A DNA stretch of 64,000 nucleotides from Acutalibacteraceae bacterium (GTDB taxonomy: Bacteria; Bacillota; Clostridia; Oscillospirales; Acutalibacteraceae). Location: contig JAZUJJ010000105.1 of the NCBI GenBank assembly GCA_045642725.1, forward strand, positions 5,584-69,583, read 5' to 3'. Below the pieces are notes generated by a model. It had not been told where the DNA came from, searched no databases, and saw only the letters and a list, made by a program, of their open reading frames with translations. Position 1 is the first letter of the stretch, and the number at the start of each line of letters is the position of its first letter. This document shows, piece after piece, positions 46,296 to 55,259 of the stretch. A program made the position numbers and the translations under genes.

Positions 46296-46329
46296 TTCCG
46301 GCATGGTTCAGAACCGAACCGTGCCGGAA
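46296..46329. terminator. Bidirectional hairpin between convergent genes
   Basis: TTCCGGCATGGTTC/GAACCGTGCCGGAA; shares TAATTCCGG..TTCAGAA..CCGGAA with the 442-482 hairpin. Confidence 0.8.
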
Positions 46330-46333
46330 AAAT

Positions 46334-48205
46334 TTATTTTGACTTGATATTCATAATGAAATTATAAATCACATAGAAAATATGAGCAAAGAACGCTTTG
46401 AAATTCAGCCTGCCGCTTTTTACGGCGGGAATATCGGGAATTGTCGTGCTTTCCGTGCTTACTCCGTCGTAAAGAATACCGTCAAGGTTTTCATTGTCAA
46501 CAAAACGGAAGCTCTGAATTCTGTCTTTACCTATTGTAACACTTTCTTTTTCGTCGGTAAATTCAATTTTTACCTTGAATGTGCTCATGTTTCCGGGGAG
46601 CTTGCCGACCACATCTGCCGCAAAGCTTTCGCCGGGGGCAAGCTTTGTGCAGACCTTGTAGCTGAAATCAATATCCGCACCGATACAGGAAATCGAATTG
46701 ATATAAACCGTGTCTTTTCTGGAAACATTGGTAATGTTGAGTTTTGAGGAATAGGGGGTCAAATAGCCCTCGGCACAGTTGTCAAAGGAGCAGTATAAAC
46801 CGCGGCATCTGTTTTGCGAAGCAATGAACTGAGGATATTCGGCAGAAGAATGAACATCTTTTATTTCTTCGCTTGTGAGCAGAGTCATCATCAGCTCATT
46901 TACTTTTGTTTCATTTACGCCGAGACCGTGGTACATATTTTCGATATACCATGTGTTTTCGGGCAGATAACCGACAGAGGCATCAACCGTATTTGCGGGA
47001 GAAATATGGCAGTGCTCAGTGCAGGCCTGCTGCTTGTAATCCTTTGAAAGTGCCTTACCAGGGGCGGCACAGAAGGCTCCGGCGGCAGAGGCAAGGTCAA
47101 TAACGCCGTCTGAATTTGTGCCGCAGGAAACAACGGGCTCACAGCCGTAACCGGCAATTATGGAAATATCAACGCCCTCGCTCTTAAGCTTTTCAAAGGT
47201 TTCTTTTCTTTTTGCGGCTATTTCAAAATGATAAATATCGCTCTTTCTGATTATTTCACCGTGAGTTCCATCGGTGAGCAGCTTGTCACGCAGGGCGGCA
47301 TATTCGCTGACGGGTACAAGGTCCCAAACGCTTCCGAAATTAAGGAAGAAGTCAAGAAGCTCATAGTTAATGAAATCCATAAGGAATTCATCAAGGAAAG
47401 AAATGCTGATAAGGTCGGTGATTACGGAATATTCCTGCTCAACCTTGTCGTATGAACAGTAAAGGTCAAGGGCGTCGGACCAGGCAACGGTAACATCGCC
47501 TTTAAGAAGCTCGGAAGCAATGGTGCTGCCGTCAAGGGCGGGGCAGTGCAGAACAACATTGTTGACTTTTTCGCCGCCGTAAAGGGAAAGATAGCTCGCA
47601 ACGACCTGACCGCCGAAGCTGACACCCATCAGACTGACTTTTTCTTTGCCCGTTGCTTCAAGCAGCTCGTTGATATAATCGTTGAGCACGGCGGCATTGT
47701 CAACCTGACCGAGACGCCAGTCAAGCGTACAGCAGTAAACATTTTCGTCTCCCGCTTTTTCACCGAGATTCATAAGAGAATCGTGGTCGGGATAATATTT
47801 TATTTCTTTAAGTCTGTCAAGGCGCGTGTCCTCAACACTGTGGGGATAAAGCTCAACATCATATTTTGATGTTCCGTCATCGTTGAGCTGCATATATTCG
47901 ATAAGGTCGTTCACATAGGGCTGAAGTGTTTTGAAAAGAGGCTTGTTTATGCCTGCAATTGCAAGACCTGCCCCGGCAACAACTCCGGGAATTTCGGCTT
48001 TTACGGCGTCAAGCACCTTTTCCGCCACATCCTGCTTCCAGACCTTTACTTCGTTTTCCGTGCCTCTGTTTACAAACATCTGTGAGCTTGTGTAGCCTGC
48101 CACGAAAACTACCGGGAAGTTTTCCTCGGCACTTGCCGACGGTATTATTACCGCAGTAAGTACCAGGCAGAGCAGCACACAGAGAAGCTTTTTGCAAATT
48201 TTCAT
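46334..48205 (-). CDS. Exported alpha/beta hydrolase (LCAT/lipase-like) with C-terminal Ig-like domain
   Basis: Signal peptide; VFVAGYT, LDWRLG, GVSFGG nucleophile elbow. Confidence 0.8.
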   Translation of the reverse strand: MKICKKLLCVLLCLVLTAVIIPSASAEENFPVVFVAGYTSSQMFVNRGTENEVKVWKQDVAEKVLDAVKAEIPGVVAGAGLAIAGINKPLFKTLQPYVNDLIEYMQLNDDGTSKYDVELYPHSVEDTRLDRLKEIKYYPDHDSLMNLGEKAGDENVYCCTLDWRLGQVDNAAVLNDYINELLEATGKEKVSLMGVSFGGQVVASYLSLYGGEKVNNVVLHCPALDGSTIASELLKGDVTVAWSDALDLYCSYDKVEQEYSVITDLISISFLDEFLMDFINYELLDFFLNFGSVWDLVPVSEYAALRDKLLTDGTHGEIIRKSDIYHFEIAAKRKETFEKLKSEGVDISIIAGYGCEPVVSCGTNSDGVIDLASAAGAFCAAPGKALSKDYKQQACTEHCHISPANTVDASVGYLPENTWYIENMYHGLGVNETKVNELMMTLLTSEEIKDVHSSAEYPQFIASQNRCRGLYCSFDNCAEGYLTPYSSKLNITNVSRKDTVYINSISCIGADIDFSYKVCTKLAPGESFAADVVGKLPGNMSTFKVKIEFTDEKESVTIGKDRIQSFRFVDNENLDGILYDGVSTESTTIPDIPAVKSGRLNFKAFFAHIFYVIYNFIMNIKSK

Positions 48206-48206
48206 T

Positions 48207-49088
48207 TTATTCACCTTTTTTATCAAGCAGTTCGGTGTACTGATAAATCTTTACATAGTCAACCATGAATTCGGCGGGCAGCGTGGGGCTGTCTTTGGTC
48301 ACTTTGCCGGACCAGCCGTAAAAAGCCTTACCGTTCACGCCGTCGATTTCCGTTGACAGAATGACATATTCGGGCACCTCGGAAACGCCTCCGAAACGGC
48401 TTCTTCCGGTTTCAATCCCGTTGATATAGAAAATATAACCGTCTTTGTTCCATTCAACGCCGTAGGTGTTGAATTCGGTGTACGGATTATCCGGGGCCTG
48501 TACGGCAACATTTTTATATCTGTGACCGAGAGCATAGCCGCCGTAATGAATATTGGAAGTGACAAGCCCGTTGTCTTTACCGTTTTTGACACGGTAATAA
48601 AGCGGAGATTCAAAAACATCGATTTCCGTGCCCTGTTTTCCGGGAACAAAATCCTTGATGTTTCTTGTGAAAAGCCAGAATGCCGACCAAAGACCCGTGG
48701 AGGCCGGCAGCTTACAGCGGCACTCAAAATATCCGTAACGCTGTTCGAATTTCTTCATGGTGTCAATACGGTCGGTGTAAAAGCCTTCACCGTATTTTCC
48801 GTCGGCCTTGTATTCACTTCTGATTACGACACAGCTGTCACGCACGCTTGTCTGTTCGCAGTCCCAGTAGCCGCCCTTGCGCAATCCCTGACCGAAATGA
48901 CCCCATTTATTTTCATCAAGGGTATCTCCGTCAAAATCATCCTCAAAGGTGAGTGTGAATTTTGAAAGGTCGAGCTTCCTGCCTGATTTCGGCTTCCAGG
49001 GACGGCGGTAAACGGTAATGCCTCTGTGAATGACATCTATGAGAACATTTATGAATTTATCAAAAGCAATGTTTGCCTTGCCTGCCAT
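48207..49088 (-). CDS. Glycoside hydrolase family 16
   Basis: FEDDFDG, GLWSAFW, EIDVFE catalytic motif, VDYVKIYQ. Confidence 0.9.
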   Translation of the reverse strand: MAGKANIAFDKFINVLIDVIHRGITVYRRPWKPKSGRKLDLSKFTLTFEDDFDGDTLDENKWGHFGQGLRKGGYWDCEQTSVRDSCVVIRSEYKADGKYGEGFYTDRIDTMKKFEQRYGYFECRCKLPASTGLWSAFWLFTRNIKDFVPGKQGTEIDVFESPLYYRVKNGKDNGLVTSNIHYGGYALGHRYKNVAVQAPDNPYTEFNTYGVEWNKDGYIFYINGIETGRSRFGGVSEVPEYVILSTEIDGVNGKAFYGWSGKVTKDSPTLPAEFMVDYVKIYQYTELLDKKGE

Positions 49089-49120
49089 AAATTAACCTCC
49101 GGAAATTTGATGAGAAGGAA

Positions 49121-50146
49121 TTATTCTGCTTCGGATGTGTTAAGAATATCAAATATTCTTTCCGGGTGATCCGACATAAGAACATCGGCACCGTTATAGA
49201 TGAGTGTTTCGGCATCCTCCGGCTTGTCAACTGTCCAGTACTGAACGGAAATGCCGTATTTGTGAGCATAGTCTATGAGCTTGGTTTTACCGAGATTTGA
49301 AACCAGGAGAAGGCCGTTATCCCAGTAATAGGGCATCTGGAGTGACATATATTTGATGTTTTGCTTTGAAAGGTCATCGTTTCTCATGGCACAGCCGAAG
49401 AAATCAACGATTTCAAAGGGATTTGCGGAGCGCATGAGCCTGCCTGCATAGTGATTGTCAATGTAGTGACCCACATCGTTCCAGAAGCTGCCGATGATAA
49501 CGCGGTCTGTCAGCTTGCGTTCATCAAGAATTTTGAAGAGCTTGTCAACCATTTTCGGTGCCCAGGGGTGAGGATATTTAATTTCAACTATGTATCTGAA
49601 CTGACCGGGTGCGGCGGCCTCAATGGTATCAAAAACATCGGAGACCTTTGCAATTCTCAGGTCATCGGGGATTTCGTCACCGCGCAGACCCTTATACGGA
49701 TAGGAGTCACCCTGCTTGAAGGTTTCACCGAAATTAAGCTCACGGAGCTGAGCATAGGTCTTTGAAAAAACAGGTGTGTTCTTTCTGCCGAAATGCTCGG
49801 CGGCATCACTCTTTTCGTCAACAAAAAGGCTGTGATAGAGAACGAGCTCTCCGTCTTTTGTTATCTGAATATCCATTTCAAAGATGTCGGGCTGCTCGTC
49901 ACTTGTGAGGCAGTTTTTAATTGCCATCATTGTGTTTTCGGGTGCGCTTCCTTTTCCCGAACGGTGAGCGGCAACAAGAGTTTCGCCGTAATCGGGAAGA
50001 AAGTATTTGCCCGTGTCGCTGTTTTTGACTGTGGGCTCCGCTTTCTCAACCGCCGTAAAGGATGAAAGGCACATTATGCCTGCCACAAAGAATAAAACGG
50101 TTTTTCTGAGTATCATGTGAATGATGTTATAGAATACGGATAACAT
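49121..50146 (-). CDS. Glycerophosphodiester phosphodiesterase
   Basis: AAHRSG..APENT, EMDIQITKDG, WTVD, MSDHP. Confidence 0.9.
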   Translation of the reverse strand: MLSVFYNIIHMILRKTVLFFVAGIMCLSSFTAVEKAEPTVKNSDTGKYFLPDYGETLVAAHRSGKGSAPENTMMAIKNCLTSDEQPDIFEMDIQITKDGELVLYHSLFVDEKSDAAEHFGRKNTPVFSKTYAQLRELNFGETFKQGDSYPYKGLRGDEIPDDLRIAKVSDVFDTIEAAAPGQFRYIVEIKYPHPWAPKMVDKLFKILDERKLTDRVIIGSFWNDVGHYIDNHYAGRLMRSANPFEIVDFFGCAMRNDDLSKQNIKYMSLQMPYYWDNGLLLVSNLGKTKLIDYAHKYGISVQYWTVDKPEDAETLIYNGADVLMSDHPERIFDILNTSEAE

Positions 50147-50180
50147 ACAGACGCCTCTTTCCTTTTATTATGTTAAAATC

Positions 50181-50209
50181 ATAATATCATACACTTTTTT
50201 TACAGTCAA
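50181..50209 (-). promoter_or_regulatory. Sigma-A promoter of GDPD-GH16-lipase
   Basis: Minus strand TTGACT-17-TATTAT with extended TG. Confidence 0.6.
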
Positions 50210-50216
50210 CAGACAA

Positions 50217-51071
50217 TTAATCCAAGTGGTTGCTTAATACACCAAGCTTTTCACTGAATTTCTCATAAAAAGCCATGCCGAGAAGAGTGCAGGAAAATGA
50301 AATGATTGCGCCCATTGTAACATCACTGAGATAGTGGGCACCCATCACAAGACGGGTAACGGCAACAACGGCGGTAAAAGCAAAGGCAATAAAGAAAAGA
50401 GCAGTCTTGTGCTTTCTGCATTTTTCGCTTGCGTAGGGGAGGAGCATGAGCTGATAACTGACCGCGGCTCCTGCGGTGTGACCGCTGGGGAATGAGTGTG
50501 AGCCGTTAAAGCCGTTGATTACATACCAGGGGGTAAATTCGGCGTAAGGTGCCTCCATGCTTCTGAAACGCACGCGGCCCCAAAGACCCTTCATTGCGGA
50601 AACGAGCAGGGTGCCGAGACCTCCGGCAAAAAGACCCACAAAGGCAATTACAAGCAAAGGCTTTCTCATTTTTTCCGGTATGGTAATGAAGTGCATTACG
50701 AAAATAACGGTAAGGCCGAAGCCGACGCCGAAAATTATGCCGTAGGCATCCTGAAATTCATTTTCCGCAAAAAGTCTGTCGCCGAACCAGTGGCCGAAAT
50801 ATCCGCCTGCGCCGACACATCCGATTGCTGCAACGACTTTCATCCATTTCGGGTTTGCGGTTTTGAGAATGAAACCCATGGCAACGGTGATGAGCAGGCT
50901 TGACGGCATTTCTCCCGTCTGTTCAAACCAGCTTGCGATAAGATTTGAGGAATTGTTGAGGAAAATGTCGATTTTAAGGTCGGCAAAGGAAGCGGCAATG
51001 AGCGAAACAGCCGCAAGCGCATAAAAGAAAATTATTTCTTTACGGTAGCTTTTCAGAAGTGAATTTTTCAT
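50217..51071 (-). CDS. PAP2-family membrane phosphatase
   Basis: KGLWGRVRF, SFPSGH, TRLVMGAHYLSDV. Confidence 0.9.
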   Translation of the reverse strand: MKNSLLKSYRKEIIFFYALAAVSLIAASFADLKIDIFLNNSSNLIASWFEQTGEMPSSLLITVAMGFILKTANPKWMKVVAAIGCVGAGGYFGHWFGDRLFAENEFQDAYGIIFGVGFGLTVIFVMHFITIPEKMRKPLLVIAFVGLFAGGLGTLLVSAMKGLWGRVRFRSMEAPYAEFTPWYVINGFNGSHSFPSGHTAGAAVSYQLMLLPYASEKCRKHKTALFFIAFAFTAVVAVTRLVMGAHYLSDVTMGAIISFSCTLLGMAFYEKFSEKLGVLSNHLD

Positions 51072-51109
51072 TTTCTCACCTTTTCGTTTGTGAATGTTAT
51101 AAAATTAAA

Positions 51110-51180
51110 AGACGGCCTTAAAGAAAGGTGAATGCCCGTAATCCGGTTATGAGTACTCACCTGATAAAGACCGCCCGAAA
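51110..51180 (-). terminator. Long irregular hairpin after the ior/paa operon
   Basis: GACGGCCTT..AGGTGA/TCACCT..AAGACCGCC with a T-run on the minus strand. Confidence 0.45.
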
Positions 51181-51183
51181 AAA

Positions 51184-51573
51184 TTATTTGCCGATTATTT
51201 TTTCTATATCCTCATCGGTGCCTATACGGAAAACCATCTGAGCATTTCCGTTTACCTCACCGAAGATGGAATACATATATTCAATGCCGATGCCTGCCGC
51301 AGAGAGCTTTTTGAGAACCCCGTCAAGGCCTCCGACTTCGTTGGGAACATCTACCACCTGAACAGGAGTAACAGTAACGATAAAGCCCTCTTCGCTGAGC
51401 ACTCCGGCGGCTTTTCTCTCATCGTCAACAATGAGACGCAGAACACCGTAGTCCATGGTTTCGGCGATATTCAGCGCAATAAGGTTTATGCCGTTCTGAG
51501 CAAGAATGCCCGTGATTTCGCAGAGCATACCATTGCGGTTTTCAAGAAAAACGGATAACTGATTCTTTGTCAT
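51184..51573 (-). CDS. Tandem ACT-domain protein (PaaK-associated type)
   Basis: QLSVFLENRNG..INLIALNIAET..GVLRLIV; GGAGG RBS supports start 51573. Confidence 0.88.
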   Translation of the reverse strand: MTKNQLSVFLENRNGMLCEITGILAQNGINLIALNIAETMDYGVLRLIVDDERKAAGVLSEEGFIVTVTPVQVVDVPNEVGGLDGVLKKLSAAGIGIEYMYSIFGEVNGNAQMVFRIGTDEDIEKIIGK

Positions 51574-51586
51574 AATAACGGCCTCC

Positions 51587-52885
51587 TCAGATTTTTCTCT
51601 TGTCAATTACTCTTACGGATTTGCCTTCGCTTCTTTCGATGGTGCGCGGAGCCACGATACGGACCTTGGCGTGAATGCCGAGCATGGCTTTGAGTGCCAC
51701 AACAAGGGATTTTTCCATTTCCGTAATCTTACCGAGGTTATCGGAGAAGTTGCTCTCGGACATTTCAACCATGACTTCAATAGTATCGGAGTTGTTGACT
51801 CTGTCAACAACTATCTGATAGTTGGCGGGGTAACCCTGCTCAATGAGTACGGTTTCAATCTGTGACGGGAAGACATTGACACCCTTGACAATAAGCATAT
51901 CGTCACTGCGTCCTCTGGGCTTGCACATTTTGATGAATGTACGCCCGCAGGAGCATTTTTCTTCACTGAGCTCACATATATCCCTTGTTCTGTATCGGAG
52001 CAGAGGGAAAGCTTCCTTGTCAATGCAGGTGAAAACAAGCTCGCCTTCACTGCCTGCGGGAAGCACCTCTTCGGTTTCGGGGTCAATGATTTCGGCTATG
52101 AAATGGTCTTCGTTAATGTGCATTCCGTTCTGCTCACTGCATTCGAAAGCAACACCGGGGCCGCTGATTTCCGTAAGACCGTATATATCATAGGCCTTTA
52201 TGCCGAGCTTATCTTCAATGCTGTGACGCATTTCTTCGCTCCATGCCTCTGCACCGAAAATACCCGCTTTAAGCTTGATCTGGTCAAGCAGACCTCTTTC
52301 CTCAATGCTTTCCGCAAGGTATGCGGCATAGGAGGGGGTGCAGCAGAGAATTGTGGAATTGAGATCGGTCATGAACTGAAGCTGACGGTCGGTATTGCCG
52401 GAGGACATGGGCAGGGTAAGACAGCCTGCCTTATGGCTTCCGCCGTGGAAGCCCGCTCCGCCCGTGAAAAGGCCGTAGCCGTAGCACACCTGACAGACAT
52501 CATCCTTTGTGCCGCCTACGGCAACAATGGCTCTGGCACAGCAATCCTCCCAGAGGTCAACGTCATTCTGAGTGTAAAATGCAACAACTCTTTTTCCCGT
52601 TGTGCCGGATGTGGAATGGATTCTTACGCAGTTTTTGAGGTCTGTTCCGAGCAGGCCGTAAGGATAGGCATCTCTCAGGTCTGCTTTTGAAATGAACGGA
52701 AGCTTGTTAAGGTCATCAAGACTTTTGATGTCGTCGGGGGTGATGCCCTTTTCTTCCATTTTTTTACGGTAATAGGGAACATTATCCCAAACGTGCTTTA
52801 CCTGTTTGAGAAAGCGTTCGTTCTGAAGCTTTTTAATATCTTCACGGGAGGCGCACTCTATATCTTTCTGATAATAGTTTTCCAT
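51587..52885 (-). CDS. paaK: Phenylacetate-CoA ligase family
   Basis: IHSTSGTTGK, YDIYGLTE, LLRYRTRD, GRSDDMLIVKGVNVFPSQIE. Confidence 0.92.
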   Translation of the reverse strand: MENYYQKDIECASREDIKKLQNERFLKQVKHVWDNVPYYRKKMEEKGITPDDIKSLDDLNKLPFISKADLRDAYPYGLLGTDLKNCVRIHSTSGTTGKRVVAFYTQNDVDLWEDCCARAIVAVGGTKDDVCQVCYGYGLFTGGAGFHGGSHKAGCLTLPMSSGNTDRQLQFMTDLNSTILCCTPSYAAYLAESIEERGLLDQIKLKAGIFGAEAWSEEMRHSIEDKLGIKAYDIYGLTEISGPGVAFECSEQNGMHINEDHFIAEIIDPETEEVLPAGSEGELVFTCIDKEAFPLLRYRTRDICELSEEKCSCGRTFIKMCKPRGRSDDMLIVKGVNVFPSQIETVLIEQGYPANYQIVVDRVNNSDTIEVMVEMSESNFSDNLGKITEMEKSLVVALKAMLGIHAKVRIVAPRTIERSEGKSVRVIDKRKI

Positions 52886-52899
52886 AAAAATTACCTTCG

Positions 52900-53475
52900 T
52901 CAATCGGAATTTTTGCCGAGTGCAAATGCTTTTTTGTTGATTTCAAGGAATTTGGGAGGAACTGATTCTTCAATCGCCTTGAGCCAGTCCTCCTCGGTGA
53001 AATCAAAATATGCGGAAAGTCTGCCGAGCAGAACAAGGTTTACTGCTTTGGCTGAGCCTGCCTCAACGGCAAGTGAAAGAGCGTCAAGGCAATCTGCTTT
53101 TGCTCCGGCTTCGGCAATCTTTTTGTCAAGATTTTCGGGGTAAACGGCTGCACCCGTAATTACGGGCATGGGATTTGTTTGCTGTGTATTGGTGATTATA
53201 ATGCCGTCGGGGGCAAGGAATTCCATCCATCTGGCGGCTTCAAGGAGCTCAAAGGAGAGAATGATGTCTGCTTCGCCCTTGTCGATAATGGGTGAATAGA
53301 CCTTGTCGCCGTAGCGGACATAGGTAACAACGCTGCCGCCGCGCTGGCTCATACCGTGAACCTCGCTGACCTTTACATCATAACCTTTTGAAAGGAGAAT
53401 ACGGCCGAGAAGCTTACTTGCAAGGAGGGTGCCCTGACCGCCTACACCGACTATCATTATGTTTTTTGTTTTCAT
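52900..53475 (-). CDS. iorB: Indolepyruvate:ferredoxin oxidoreductase beta subunit
   Basis: GVGGQG, SEVHGMSQRGGSV. Confidence 0.93.
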   Translation of the reverse strand: MKTKNIMIVGVGGQGTLLASKLLGRILLSKGYDVKVSEVHGMSQRGGSVVTYVRYGDKVYSPIIDKGEADIILSFELLEAARWMEFLAPDGIIITNTQQTNPMPVITGAAVYPENLDKKIAEAGAKADCLDALSLAVEAGSAKAVNLVLLGRLSAYFDFTEEDWLKAIEESVPPKFLEINKKAFALGKNSD

Positions 53476-53487
53476 ATCGGTTCCTCC

Positions 53488-55218
53488 TTACTTACCAAGT
53501 GCATCTTTGGGGCAAAGCTGTGCGCAGACACCGCAGCCCGTACAGAGTGTTGAATCTATAACGGCTTTTCCGTCAACAATGCTGATGGCGGGGCAGCCGA
53601 TTCTCATGCAGGACTTACAGCCGATACATTTGTCGGCCTTTGCGGTGATGGGGCCGGGATGCTTGACATATTTAAGCAGAGCACAGGGCCTGCGGGAGAT
53701 TATGACAGAGGGCTCCTCTGCCGCAAGCTCTTCCTTGAGAGCCTTGTCGCATTCATCAAGATTGTACGGGTCAACAACTCTGACTCTTCTTATACCGACG
53801 GCATGGCAGAGTGCCTCAAGGTCAATCTTTGTGCAGGGGTCGCCCTTAAGATTGAAGCCTGTTGTGGGGTTCTGCTGATGACCCGTCATACCGGTAATGG
53901 AATTGTCAAGAATGATTACGGTGGAGTTTGATTCATTATATGCAATGTTTACAAGTCCGGTAATGCCCGAGTGCATAAAGGTGGAGTCACCGATAACGGC
54001 AACGCTCTTGCCTTCGTGCTCCTTGCCGGAGAGCTTGTTGAAGCCGTGAAGACCCGAAACGGAAGCACCCATGCAGATAACGCTGTCAACGGCGTTAAGG
54101 GGAGCGACCGCACCGAGGGTGTAACAGCCGATGTCACCGATAACATTGACTTTATTCTTTTTGAGAATATAGTACAGACCTCTGTGAGGACAGCCTGCGC
54201 ACATAACGGGAGGACGGTTGGGGATGATTTCCTCTGTTTTTACTCCGCATTTTGTTTCAATGCCGAGCTTTTCCGCAATGAGATTCTGGCTGAATTCACC
54301 GATACAGCCGAAGAGCTCTTTTCCGGTAACCTCAACGCCTATCTTTTTGCAGTGGGTTTCAATAACATCGTCAAGCTCTTCAACAACGATTACTTTGCCG
54401 ACTTTTCCGGCAAAGTCTTTGATTTTCTTAACCGGCAGGGGATTTATCATGCCGAGCTTAAGAACGGGATACTTATCACCGCAGACCTCTTTTACATACT
54501 GATATGAGGTGGATGAGGTGATGATGCCGAGAGAGCTGTCGCTTCCCTCTTCAACCCTGTTTATCTCTGCGGTTTCCGCATATTCGGTGAGGGCTTTTGT
54601 TCTCTCTTCAACAATGGGATGCCTTGCCTTGGCAAAGCCCGGCATCATAATGTATTTCGGGCCGTTCTTTTCATATTTCTTTATATCGGCTTCGATTCTG
54701 TTGGTGGTATCAACGATGCTCTGTGAATGAGCAACTCTCGTACACATTTTCATTATGACGGGAGCGTCGAATTTTTCGGAAAGCTCATAGGCAAGCTTTG
54801 CAAAAGCCTTTGCTTCGGCGGAATCGGAGGGCTCAAGCATAGGAAGCTTTGCGGCTATGGCATAGTGGCGGGAATCCTGCTCATTCTGTGAGGAATGCAT
54901 ACCGGGGTCGTCGGCAACGGCAATTATCATGCCTGCATTTACTCCGGTGTATGAGATTGTGAAAAGAGGGTCGGCGGCAACATTGAGGCCGACATGCTTC
55001 ATTCCGCAAAAGCTTCTGTGACCTGCAAGGGAGGCACCGAAAGCGGATTCCATGGCAACCTTTTCATTCGGTGCCCATTCGGCATAGATTTCGGGATATT
55101 TTGCCGCACACTCGGTTATTTCGGTACTGGGTGTTCCGGGATAGGATGAAACGAAAGCACAGCCGGCCTCAAAAAGACCTCTTGCAAAGGCTTCGTTTCC
55201 CAGCATAAGAGTTTTCAT
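53488..55218 (-). CDS. iorA: Indolepyruvate:ferredoxin oxidoreductase alpha subunit
   Basis: YPGTPSTE, MKHVGLNVAAD, CAGCPHR, GDIGCY, GDSTF, two C-terminal 4Fe-4S motifs. Confidence 0.95.
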   Translation of the reverse strand: MKTLMLGNEAFARGLFEAGCAFVSSYPGTPSTEITECAAKYPEIYAEWAPNEKVAMESAFGASLAGHRSFCGMKHVGLNVAADPLFTISYTGVNAGMIIAVADDPGMHSSQNEQDSRHYAIAAKLPMLEPSDSAEAKAFAKLAYELSEKFDAPVIMKMCTRVAHSQSIVDTTNRIEADIKKYEKNGPKYIMMPGFAKARHPIVEERTKALTEYAETAEINRVEEGSDSSLGIITSSTSYQYVKEVCGDKYPVLKLGMINPLPVKKIKDFAGKVGKVIVVEELDDVIETHCKKIGVEVTGKELFGCIGEFSQNLIAEKLGIETKCGVKTEEIIPNRPPVMCAGCPHRGLYYILKKNKVNVIGDIGCYTLGAVAPLNAVDSVICMGASVSGLHGFNKLSGKEHEGKSVAVIGDSTFMHSGITGLVNIAYNESNSTVIILDNSITGMTGHQQNPTTGFNLKGDPCTKIDLEALCHAVGIRRVRVVDPYNLDECDKALKEELAAEEPSVIISRRPCALLKYVKHPGPITAKADKCIGCKSCMRIGCPAISIVDGKAVIDSTLCTGCGVCAQLCPKDALGK

Positions 55219-55259
55219 TTGACAACACTTCTTCCTTTAGACATATCGGGTTCCGATTA

